A DNA stretch of 63,926 nt, filler included, from Octopus bimaculoides (Eukaryota): NCBI RefSeq assembly GCF_001194135.2. It is 8 parts of 8 records of this genome, joined end to end, with 100 filler letters (N's around TTAATTAATTAA, not from the genome) between each part and the next. Parts side by side here need not be neighbours in the genome. Positions count along the whole stretch, not along the records: positions 5,217 to 36,620 come from NC_068998.1; positions 36,721 to 46,997 come from NC_068983.1; 6 more parts are not named here. One strand, written 5' to 3'. The notes under the pieces are model-generated. The model was not told the DNA's origin. It searched no databases and saw only the letters and a list, made by a program, of their open reading frames with translations. The stretch's first letter is position 1. Every line of letters starts with the position of its first letter. Below are positions 26,958 through 38,714 of this stretch, piece by piece. The translations under genes and the position numbers were made by a program.

Positions 26958-27306
26958 TAGTTCTATATTTAAGAGACGAGGAATTATGTACATTATTTAC
27001 ATTATTTACATTTGACGGATAGTTGTCCTCATCATGTTTGTTGTTAACACAATGTTTCAGCTGATACACCCTCCAGCCTTCATCAGGTGTCTTGGGGAAA
27101 TTTAGAACCTGGGGTCTCATTCCTAAGGTATCTTTTAGTGTTATTATTATTATTATTATTCAGGTCACTGCCTGGAATCGAAATCAGAGTCTTGGGGTTA
27201 GTAGCCTGTGCTCTTGGCCACTATACCATATGCCTGTGGGCAATTATGGAATGAATTTTAGGGCTTATGAATCTAATATTTTCCTATCTTCTTAAATATA
27301 GAACTG
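26958..27306 (-). mobile_element. Composite non-autonomous element: inverted termini, tRNA-like head, (AAT)n, hammerhead motif
   Basis: Both ends share AGTTCTATATTTAAGA in inverted orientation. Internal A box TGGTATAGTGG, B-box-like ATTTCGATTCC, and CTGATGA...GAAAC core. Related copies at 23850-24267, 50081-50242 and 20617-20673. Confidence 0.8.
27046..27091 (-). ncRNA. Minimal type I hammerhead ribozyme motif (slightly decayed)
   Basis: GACAC-CTGATGA-A-GGCTG-GAGGGTGTAT-CAGCT-GAAAC-ATT-GTGTT. Stem I GACAC/GTGTT present; the differences from the 50081 copy look like CpG-type transitions. Confidence 0.6.
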
Positions 27307-30199
27307 TATAAATATTATTACTTCGTTTCATGTTGCTGCAGACCACACAGCTGGCAAAAGTGAGCAATACTGCGATAGACTGGTGTCCCATCCAGGTGGG
27401 GAATATATATACAATGGAAACCTGGAAGCCAGCCCTTGTGAGTCTATATACTCGGGCAGGAACTTTGGCTAAGAGGGTCCATCCAAATAAAGCAGGAATC
27501 AAAGGAGTCCAGTCCACAGGGAAAAAACGGTTGGAAAACACTGCTATAAATTGATAGCATTGATCAGAGATACTTCATCAGAGCAAATCAAATACTTAGA
27601 AGTTGTCTATAAATGCTTGTACCCTAAATTTTGCTTTAGTAGCTTGTTGTACATTCAGCTATGCCGTCACGGTTGGCTGACTGAACGGGTAGCCATGAAG
27701 TAGTCAGGGCATGACGAATCTACTTCGCTATCCCTCTGGTTGCTTGGTATGGATAAGGTTGATTTAGTTCATGGTCTAATTTGCTTAAACTGAACAATGA
27801 TTTCAAGATAAAAAAAATCTGAGAACGTTTATTCAGCCAGCTCTGTTGCTAGTGTGATGATTGATTGCAATAATTAATGCAAAAGCCCTCATCATATAAA
27901 AGTGAATAGAATTGTTTTGATTATTGAGCTTGTGATCAGTGAGTGTATATAAATATATGAGTAATTGGTGTAAATCTAATAAAGTTCTATTATTGATGGC
28001 ATGAAATATGGAAGCAGCCTCATTAATAGCTTCTGTTACAGTTTCAACAAGAAACCAGCTTTTCAAATTGATATTGTCTTAAGTTAAACTGTGTTACATG
28101 CTTCTACTCACTTCTTATTGTATTATAGATACTGGTCAATGTGATGCCCTGTTTGTTATAAAGCAGATTGATACCATCTCTGTGTCTGACTTGTTTAAAC
28201 ACGAATTGCATTGCCCTGTTTTAGAAACCATTCTTTATATCAGAATTCTGGCAGCTTAAACTATGCACGTAAAACTATATGGCTGCTTGGTCTAAACAGA
28301 ATACATTGTATTCATCATTGTATTCATCATTCATTTAACAGTAGGAATAATAATTACCGTGTCACCTGAGAGTGTTACCTGCTGTAGATGAACAAATGAG
28401 ATACCCTAGATTAGCTAGAAATAACAAACAACTTTCCTTTAAATCACACTCTTATAGCTTAGAAAAAGAAGAAACATAGTGGATAGAGTGTTTCTAGATA
28501 CAATGTATGCAAGAACAAGATTTAAGACAGGATAGTCGCGACTGGATTGCATATTTGCTCATAGATCCACTTTCTCAGAGTTGACTTGGGATGAGCAACT
28601 TAGCGGTTCAGCAAAAGAGATGGATAGAATAAGTACTAAGCTTACAAAGAATAAGTCCTGGGGTCGATTTGCTCAACTGAAGGTGGTGCTCCAGCATGGC
28701 CACAGTCAAATGACTGAAACAAGTAAAAGAGAACTAACAGTAAAATGGAAAACAATGTTTATTTTTGTAGAGTTCCACTTTATTTGTATTTGAAAAGTTT
28801 GCTCCTGCCTTCTTTTTAATAGCAAAGTCTTTGATCAGATCCTCACTATGGCACCATGAACACTTTGAAATTATATTTCTGATCATATAAACCACTTTGA
28901 ATATTATTTTAGCAAGTTTAAAGTGATTTCTTTTGTGCTGTAAACTATTTACCATTTCTGTGGTAACCCCTCCCATGACGCCCAAAGCACAAGCTCATTT
29001 TGCATAATGGTTAATCCAGCACTGTTTATGCTCTGAGTTCATATTCTGCCAAGGTCAATTTTACCTTTCATTCTTTTGGGGAGGAGAAGCAAATCAACAG
29101 AGTAAAATAAATACCAGTTGAGCACTGAGGCCGATGTAGTTGACTTATCCTCTTCACCTGGAATTGTTGGGCTTGTGTCAAAATTTGAAATCAATATTTC
29201 CCTTTCAAATACTAAAAGAAAAATCTAATTAGATAGTAATCACATAAGTTGCTACTAGTTATACACACCTAGCACACCTTCCTAGGTTCACCATTGCCCC
29301 CACCACTATCATAAAACAAAAAAAGAAAAAGAAGAGCATGTGACAGGATTAATTGAAACCTGAAGGTACATACTTGAAACAATTCTGTATCAATTTAACT
29401 CACAATTTTCAATATACAAAATTGTAATATTGCACACTATACGACTTAGTTTAATTATCTTCTGTCATTTGGTTTTATATCCTGATATTTTGAAACATGC
29501 AATATTTATAATTTTTATTACGTTTTTATGAGAGAATATCATCCCCCCCCCTCATAATCTTTTTTATTGACAAGATATAAAAAAGAAAAAAATTTTCAAT
29601 AAATATTCAAAATTACATTTAGTTCAGTTCATCTTTAGTCTTTTAACTTCCTGCATTTGGTGTAAAAATCTTTTATTCATTTATTTCATTCCATAATGAA
29701 TTCATTCTTGGTGGTGGATATTTTTCATTTACTTCTTTTGGATTAAAAGGGTTTTTTCTTTTTTTTTAATCTTATTTTTATAGCAAAGGTATTTCAGAAC
29801 CGTTTTGTATTCTGAGCTTTGTTTGTCTTTCATTGTTCTAGTGTTTCTTTTTTCTATTTAATACCATTGTTATTATTTTGTTTTGTCTTTTCTTTAGCAA
29901 ACTTTCTCTCCTTTTCATAGTTTGCTTGTTGTTTATTGTCCATTTTTGTTTTGTCTTCTTTACATTGTTATGAAAAACTATTGTATTTTGAATTTTTCTC
30001 TATATTCATTCAATCTTTCATAAAAAAGTAATATAATGCATGGAATTGCTAACAATATGACAGTGTATTGCAGTACATTGATATGGTATTAAGTGATATC
30101 ATGTATTGAATTATTTGACTACACCACTAGTTAGAGATTTTCCTGATGGTATACTAAACGAAGGAACAATATATATATATATATATGTTTAAAGCTTAT

Positions 30200-30235
<36 letters not shown>

Positions 30236-30240
30236 ATTTA

Positions 30241-30370
30241 TAATTATAAGCTTTAAATTAATAAGCATTCACCATGTATTGGCCATAGAAAATAGTTTAA
30301 TATTGGGCATATAGACTATTTTCTATAGTCAATACATGGTGAATACATATAAGCTTAAAACTTATAATTA
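30241..30370. repeat. Imperfect AT-rich hairpin
   Basis: taattataag...attcaccatgtattg.ccatagaaaatagt pairs with actattttctatagtcaatacatggtgaat...cttataatta. Confidence 0.75.
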
Positions 30371-30411
30371 TTATTTACAGAATTTTCATTCATCACCATT
30401 TCTTCATTTAA

Positions 30412-30448
<37 letters not shown>

Positions 30449-32068
30449 TTTTGAGATTGCTAATCCTTTTAACCCCCACATGTGTGAGAACACCCATACT
30501 AAAATGCTCAAATTCAAAGTTGAATGTCTATGAAAATGTCGTTATAACATGAATATTATGAGGTTTCAGGTAATCAGTTATGCATTACGTCATACAGTAT
30601 ATGACATAAGTGTAAAAGAGATAAGAAATAGCAAAACTGGAGCAATGCCATAGATATATATATGTATCATTAACAGAATTTTGAATGATATATTATGATC
30701 AATATATTATGTGCCTGAAAAGTTTTTGCACAGCATCTGTTGATATTCCCACTGTGGAAAAATACTGAATGTAAAATGAAAAGTTATATTTCTGAAAAGA
30801 TTTTGGCTTATCACATTTGATGTTATTTCTCTTCTCTACACAGCTCAGCTAAAACTTTCAACAAAGCATTGCTGTTATATCAAGGGCTGTGCTCTTACTA
30901 CACACACAAGCAGCCAAGAATGCTTCCATAGAAATGCCACTTGGTTGTTTAGCATAAAATCTCTCACAGACATTCCTCTTCTGGCATCAGCGTTGGATTA
31001 ACCATTAAGCAAAATGACAAAATGAGCATGTGCTTAGGGCATCAATGGAAAGAGGGGGCACCACAGAAATGGTAAATGGTTTAAGGCACAAAAGAAATCA
31101 CTTTAAACATTTCTAGAATGATATTCACGGTGGTTTATATGATCAGAAATATAATTCCAAAGTGTTCTTGGTGTCATAGTGAAGATCGATCTGGGAAAAA
31201 ACTTTGCAATTAAAAACAGTAGGGAAAAACTTTTCAAATATAAAGAAAGTGGATGTCTACAAAAATAAACACTATTTTCCATCTTACTGTTAGTTTTATT
31301 CCAATTTGAAAAATAAAGATTTATCTTATGGTTTATTATAGCTTATCTTTTGAATTACATACATGTGGGGCACCAAAATCTTTTAAGTACTAAGATCCTC
31401 TGTGGGTTTTAATCCAGTCTTTTTTGGCATACATATGTACTGTCACCTTTCTTTGCCTTTCCTCTTTCAACTACAATGTGTTCTGCTCCTTGGAGTTGCT
31501 GGCTTTGTACCATTTAGGCACTCTTGACTTACCCATCTCATCCCTACCGTGAAGACTCCACATGAACCACAGATTCCCAGTCCTTCTTCTTCTGAATGTT
31601 AACTCTCTGTAATTACCTCCTGTTGATGTCAACTTTGAACAGCTTAAACAAAGCATAAACAGCATCAGTCTTACTTCTCTTGGAAGGCCTGTGAAGTTCA
31701 AGGACATTGCTCCTTCCTCCTGACCTATCTTATACAAATTAAGACCAGCCTTGGCCAAACAGAAATATCTTCATGGCATTACAGTCAACCACTCCATTGG
31801 TTTGTATATCAATACTCTTTTACTCTCTTTTTTTTTTACTCTTTTACTTGTTTCAGTCATTTGAATGTGGCCATGCTGGAGCACTGCCCTTAGTCAAGCA
31901 AATCGACCCCAGGACTTATTCTTTGTAAGCATAGTACTTATTCTATCAGTCTCCTTTGCCGAACCGCTAAGCTACAGAATGTAAACACACCAGCATAGGT
32001 TGTCAAGCGATGTTGGGGGGACAAACACAGACACACAAACATATGCACACACACACATATATACATAT

Positions 32069-32852
32069 AGGAAAATAAAATAATAATAATAATAATAAGG
32101 CAGAATGCTAAAATGAAAGCATATTTTAATATAGATGCGTATAAGAAGGATTAAAAAGGATTTCTAACCAGCTTTCATTGCATGGCAAATTTTCAAGATG
32201 AGGGAAAATGAAAATAATGCTTTTTACAAAAAAACTAAAATATATATATAAAAAAAAAAAGAATATATATAAAAAAAATAAATATACAAATACATTATTT
32301 TGTCCTTGAGTTTTTAAAGTTCAATAGTAATCCATGTAGATAATTATTAGAAAGATTAGGATGCATGTAATAAAGAATGGTGTTTGTTTAAAAAAGGCTA
32401 AGAGTTTATGTTAAACAGGAAATGTGGTGCCAAAACAGGAAGTGTGTATAAGGGAAGACAATTCCGTGGGTTTTATACTCTAACTCACAGAATTGTCTTC
32501 CCTTACACGCACTTCCTGTTTTGACACCACATTTCCTGTTTAACACATAAATTCTCAGCCTTTTTCAAACACAACACCATTCTTAATTATGTCTCCTAAT
32601 CTTTCTAACAATTATTTACACGGATTACCATTGAACTTTAAAAACCCAAAGACAATATGATTTACAGGTATATTTATTTTTTTAATAATTTTTATTTTTT
32701 GTAAAAAACATTTTCATTTTCCCTCTTCTTGAAAATTTGCCATGCAATGAAAGCCAGTTAAAAATCCTTTTTAATCCTCCTTATACACATCTATATTAAA
32801 ATATGCTTTCAGTTTAGCATTCTGCCATATTATTATTATTATTTATTTTCCT
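32069..32852. repeat. ~780-bp imperfect palindrome (foldback / MITE-like)
   Basis: Arms pair along their whole length, e.g. acaggaaatgtggtg / caccacatttcctgt and gctttcattgcatggcaaattttcaag / cttgaaaatttgccatgcaatgaaagc; 9-nt loop at 32473-32481. Confidence 0.9.
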
Positions 32853-34913
32853 ATTATTTCTCCACGTGTGGTTAACACAACCCCACCATTTACTGATTTA
32901 TAAATATATATATATACGACGGGCTTCTTTCAGTTTCCGACTACCAAATCCACTCACAAAGCTTTGGTCAGTCCAAGGCTATAGTAGAAGACACTTGCCC
33001 AAAGTGCCACACAGTCAGACTGAACCCAGAACCATGTGGTTCGTAACCAAGCTACTTACCACACAGCCACTCCTATGCCTAATGTATGCTTCTCTATTTA
33101 GCATGAGATTTGAAGAAAATTTTGCTACTATTTCTAGAAGAATGAATGATTACCTAGAGGTTCCTTTGCTTAGACTTATTAATGCTATTAACCTATTGAT
33201 GTCATTGTTTTCTTTGGTTATTTATCTCCGTGAATTGTCTTGCATTACATTGTCTTTGAGCAAACAGTGTAAAAATAGTGTTATGGGAGGTGTTAAAGAG
33301 TGATAAACTTAAAGTAAGATGTGACTGCACTACAAATTTTATTCCTGGTTTAGCTATTTTCTTTTCCCTTCTCTTACTCTTCATCCTTGTGATTTACTAA
33401 ATCTGAAAAGAAATGAGTTCTGCCAGATTGAGCTGCTCATCATGATATGTTACAAAGTACAGAGAAACAAGGATCTGAAATTTTCAGAAGTTGTTGCTGT
33501 TTTGGTTCAAGGTCAGCGCTCATTGAACAAACCTGGAAAGGTGTTAGTCAATAACCATCAACCCCAGTAATCGACAGCTATTTGTATGTAATTCAAAAGA
33601 TAAGGGATGAAAAGCTAAGTTGACCTCAGCAGGATTTGAAATGTAAGGAGCTGGAAGAATTACTTGCTGCAAGGCATTTTTTTTACCAATACTCTTACCA
33701 CTACTACTACAATTATTTTTCTCTTATTTCTACATTTTTCTCATCTTCTGTAATCTTGATTTTTTTTCATCTTTTTCCATGAGCTACTTTTGTTACCTTT
33801 TCCATATGCTTTTATTTTCACTTTCATTTCTTAAGCTTCTTCATACGTTTTTTCTACAATTTTTTTCAAATCCTGTCTTTTTATTCTTCAAATTTTTGCT
33901 TTTCATTTTCCTTTTTTTACTGTATTTTTCATCATTTTTTTTTTATCCTTTTCAAAATATTCTTTTCATTTGCATTCTGTCTCTTCTTCTGCTTTCTTTT
34001 TTTTTTTTTATTTCTTCCTCTGTTTTCTCTTATTATTTTGTCTATCTTCTTTCTTCTTGTTTCGTTTGTCTATCTACATAAAGACACTTCATCATGTGTA
34101 ATTGAAAGGATAGTTTAAATGGCTTGAGAGTCTTTATTATGCTAAGAACATGAATCAGTGAGGATAGGCTTTACCTAAGGTCCAACAATTGTTAAAATTA
34201 CAACATGTAAAGAATAATGACAATTTTGATACATAAATAAAAAAAGGAAAACAAGGTCAAACAGTTTCCTTTCAGATAGCATGTTCCATTATTTTGAAGT
34301 TGTTGTATGTTCAGAGCTGAAAAGACTCTGATTGGATTCGTTCAGTTAAGAAAACTTCCAACGAAGAAGGCCAAGAGGACAGAGGCTTTTAGAAAAAGAA
34401 ATGTTGCTGTTTAAGGAAGTATGGGTGAAATAGCAGTGAGCTTCCAGGTTTTAGAACGTTTAAGGAGAATATCATCTGATATCTTCATTTTATGCTATTC
34501 TTTTTAATCTTTCACTGTTATCAGTTATAATAATTGTCATTAACATCACCATTGCCACTTTTATCATTATTCTCATTACATAAACAGACACACTCGCTAA
34601 CACACATACACACACACACACACACGCTCTCACACACACACACACACACATGCACACAAGCACATTTGGAAATATGACTGTGTTCCAGTCAAAAATTTTA
34701 TTGGAATTATTTCATATTTTCGTTTGAGTGCCTTGCTGTGTATTTGGAACAAAAAATAAGTTACTAAACCAACCATCATTTTTAGACTTTCTTTCAGCTG
34801 ATGTGTGCAATTGCATTTTCTGATGTAGTTAAATGTATACATAGGTATATATTTATGTATATGTTATTTTCATTTTCATGTAATTTAGATGTGAATATAT
34901 TCGCTACACCCTG

Positions 34914-34964
<51 letters not shown>

Positions 34965-35542
34965 NNNNNNNNNNNNNNNNNNNNNNNNNNNNNNNNNNNN
35001 NNNNNNNNNNNNNNNNNNNNNNNNNNNNNNNNNNNNNNNNNNNNNNNNNNNNNNNNNNNNNNNNNNNNNNNNNNNNNNNNNNNNNNNNNNNNNNNNNNNN
35101 NNNNNNNNNNNNNNNNNNNNNNNNNNNNNNNNNNNNNNNNNNNNNNNNNNNNNNNNNNNNNNNNNNNNNNNNNNNNNNNNNNNNNNNNNNNNNNNNNNNN
35201 NNNNNNNNNNNNNNNNTATATATATATAACACAAATAATAAATGAGTATATGCATATATACGTACAGGTATGCGCATACCTACGTCTACCTGTATATATA
35301 GGTGCATATCTGGGTACAGCACATTGCAAACAAAACGTAGACAAGAAAATAATAATAACCAGAGTACAGAAAACATACAGGCCGGCCGGATAACTGAACA
35401 GATGTTGGCATGGGTTCCCACCCTGGCATCCGAAACTCGGAGTTTTATCATGGCTACCGAATAAGTGTTACATATTTTTACAAATAAATTCCTCTATTTA
35501 CATAATATTGAGGTCTCTTTCTTTTTTTTATTTTCCTCCTAT

Positions 35543-35588
<46 letters not shown>

Positions 35589-36289
35589 GGCAACATGAAC
35601 AATACAGAAAAGCATTTAAATATTGCAATAGTAAAGAATGCCTTTAATTGTAAGTGCTTTTCCTATAATCTAATATGCATAATTTTTCTAAACATCTTCT
35701 TTTTCTCATGTATATAAATAGTTAAATAGCTAAATGTCATGACACAGAATTTCTAAGTTTTTATTCTTTCATTATCTACTGCTATCATCAAAAGTTTAAA
35801 TACTAAACTGGCTTTTCTTAGAATATAACATTTCTTAATAATGTTCCTTTTGTATGCGTTCATGTATTAGATATAATATCTCAATCCACTTTGAATTTAA
35901 CCAGTTCGGATTACCCTGATAACATTGTGTTAGCCTAAATTCTTGGATATATTGATTCAACTTGTATTATGTACCATTTTTCCATATCTAAATATGCTAA
36001 CACAATAGAAATGATCTCTGGTAATGTATGGTGTAATTATCAATCAAAAATGTGATTTTCTCCATTCTTGTTCTTGTTGTCATACACTCTGATTTCTTGA
36101 AATTCTTTCTAAACGATATTTGGATTTATCAAACATGAGGAATTACCTTGGATGTTAATTCTATTCGAATCTGTTGATATCTGATTGTTTGGTGCATGTA
36201 ACCAAGTTCACTCAATACCGAGTGATTTCTAGCCATCTGCCTGGATTTATTAATCTCCTTTACCTCTCATTTTTATAACATCATCGTCG

Positions 36290-36324
<35 letters not shown>

Positions 36325-36761
36325 GTTGTCATCATCGTCATCATCCTCATTTAATGTCCGTTTTCCATGCTGGCATATGTTACCTGAACTAGAAGACCAG
36401 AGAGCTGCATCAGGTACCAGGCTGATTTGACTTGGTTTCTATTCTTTAGCTTGATGCCCTTCCTACATTAACCAGTTTACTAAGTGTATTCCATGCTTTT
36501 TACATATTACCTGCTAAGACCCCTTTTGGTCATGACTGACCATGGGATTGCACCTAGAAAGTTACCCTCCAAGGCACAAGTCCGGGCAAGGTTTTTTATG
36601 GAAGACCAGCAGTCGCCTATNNNNNNNNNNNNNNNNNNNNNNNNNNNNNNNNNNNNNNNNNNNNTTAATTAATTAANNNNNNNNNNNNNNNNNNNNNNNN
36701 NNNNNNNNNNNNNNNNNNNNTATATATATATATATATATACGTATGTATGTATGCATGTAC

Positions 36762-36814
<53 letters not shown>

Positions 36815-36894
36815 CGCATGTATGTATGCATACATATAAGCACCCTATTTATAAATATGCGTATATGTACGTGCATGTATGCATATATGTATTT

Positions 36895-37465
36895 CATTAT
36901 TCAGTTTTATTTCAAGTTTTTTGCCAATAGAGAAAGAGCCGGTTTCTAAACTAGATCCATGGCTCCTTCACTGGAATTTCGATAACATCAACAAGGTATG
37001 TATGTATGTATGTATGTATGTGTTTATGTATGTGTGTGACCAAACACCATTCAATTTTTTTTCTCCGTGTTTTTCTCCTTGTTTTCTCCGTATTCTTTCT
37101 GTTGAAGAGCGTAGCTCGAAACGTTAAAGACTTTCTGTATTCCCGAGCGTCAAACTAATACATCCTTTTGTTGTTTACACCACCTGTCCTCGTCTGTTGT
37201 TGTTTTTTCGTACATTTTCCCATATGTATGTATGTATGTATGTATATATGTATATATGTATGTATGTATTTGTGTGTATGCTTGTTTGTATATATATGTA
37301 CATATTTGTATGTTTTGTTTTATGCATGTATTCTTATGCATATAGGTGCATGCATGCATGCCGTTATTCTGTTTATTTCAAGATTTCTTGCCTATCGAGA
37401 AAGAACCGGTTTCTAACCTAGATCCAAAGCTCCTTTATTGGAATTTCAACATCAATAACAAGGGT
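36895..37465 (+). repeat. Direct-repeat-flanked dispersed element (possible PLE pseudo-LTR derivative)
   Basis: ~95-bp block ttatttcaag...gagaaaga(g/a)ccggtttctaa(a/c)ctagatcca...ggaatttc at ~36895-36995 and ~37365-37465; reverse-strand copy at ~54030-54125. Confidence 0.6.
37094..37130 (+). ncRNA. Hammerhead-like motif with variant core (CUGUUGA)
   Basis: TCTTT-CTGTTGA-A-GAGC-GTA-GCTC-GAAAC-GTT-AAAGA: stem I TCTTT/AAAGA, stem II GAGC/GCTC, palindromic AACGTT. Confidence 0.55.
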
Positions 37466-37592
37466 ATTTTTGCATGCATACCTGTATGTATGTGTGCATG
37501 CATGCATGCATTCATGCATGCATGTATGTATGTATGTTTTATGTATATATTCTCATGCATATAGTCGCATATCTAGACATGTTCATATATAT

Positions 37593-38160
37593 TTAAATGG
37601 TAAACTTCTGGAAATTTTTACAGATTTTTACAATTCCAATGATGGATTGGATCTGTAGTCTTCGAATTAGCTCTCTCCTTTCTGGTTTTGAGAAGCCTAC
37701 TTTCTCAAGATTGGTATTTAGGCAGTGTGTTACATATCCCAGGGTCCCAATAATTACAGGTATAAACCTGAACTTGTAATCTGGATAGAGTAACTTCAGA
37801 TTTCTCAATAGTCCAGCATAGGTGTTCTCTTTTTCACTGATCTCCAGCTTTATGTTAACATCCGCTGGGTAGCTAATTTCCACAACTGTGCACAGTTTCT
37901 TTTCTTTATCCCAAATCATTATATCAGGTCTGTTGTGCTTACATTTTATTGAGGTCTTCACTAGGACATTCCACCAGTATTCCTTTTTATTATAAGCGGC
38001 TATGGCTTCTCCCATATTTCTTTCTCCTCGGGATTATCCTTCAACGAATTTCCTTATAGAGCGTCCTAGTTACAACATCATGTCTCCTCGATGGATGATA
38101 CCGTGATGACATTTTCGGACAACTACTTATGATGTGGGTGATATCTTCAGTGTAACTCCA
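37593..38160 (-). mobile_element. R4/Dong-like LINE 3' fragment: CCHC knuckle remnant plus restriction-like endonuclease
   Basis: EDITHIISSCPKMS...RRHD, then WWN...HNRPDIMIWDKEKKLCTVVEISYP...EKENTY...FIPVIIGTLG; stop at 37593. Confidence 0.88.
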
Positions 38161-38211
38161 CAAAGTATGTATGTATGTATGTATGTATGTATGTATGTAT
38201 GTATTATGTAT

Positions 38212-38714
38212 GTACTCTTTCACTTCCGGGGCGATTTCGTTTCGCCTAGCGTTCAGATATTCTGTGTTGTTAGACATTATACGTCATTAAAGGGATCAAT
38301 ACAGGTAGAAGTATGGCAGCTTTACAGCATTTAAAAACTTACGTACATTAAATATGTCATTGATAACGTTCACATCATTTAAGCTGCTTCTAACAAAGAT
38401 TCGAGTTTTGTTTTCCTTGTGCGATGCATCTGTACATTAGCAAATAGCTTTCACGCTATTTGTATATCTGACCGGAGCAGATAGATTCGGTGATGGATGA
38501 TTGAGTGTGGCACTGAGGCGTTAAAATCACAGCGAAATATTGATATGTGTCACTCTCTTTCACTTTCAGAGCGACTTCGTTTCGCCTATCTTTGAAGCAT
38601 GCTCTGGATTTAAACACAATACGTCTTTAAAAAGATCCATTGAGATCTAAGTACTGCAGCTTTACAGTATTTAACAACGCACGTACATTAAATCATAGTA
38701 ATAACGTTTACATT
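38212..38714. repeat. Diverged direct duplication (~165-bp unit, 340-bp offset)
   Basis: ctctttcactt...gcga(t/c)ttcgtttcgccta...gcagctttacag.attta...acgtacattaaat...ataacgtt at 38212-38375 and 38552-38714. Confidence 0.8.

Noticed and set aside
31471-31758. 95-aa minus-strand ORF with an internal GTAAGT donor
   Set aside because: No ATG context, motifs or partner exons; composition fits a decayed repeat.
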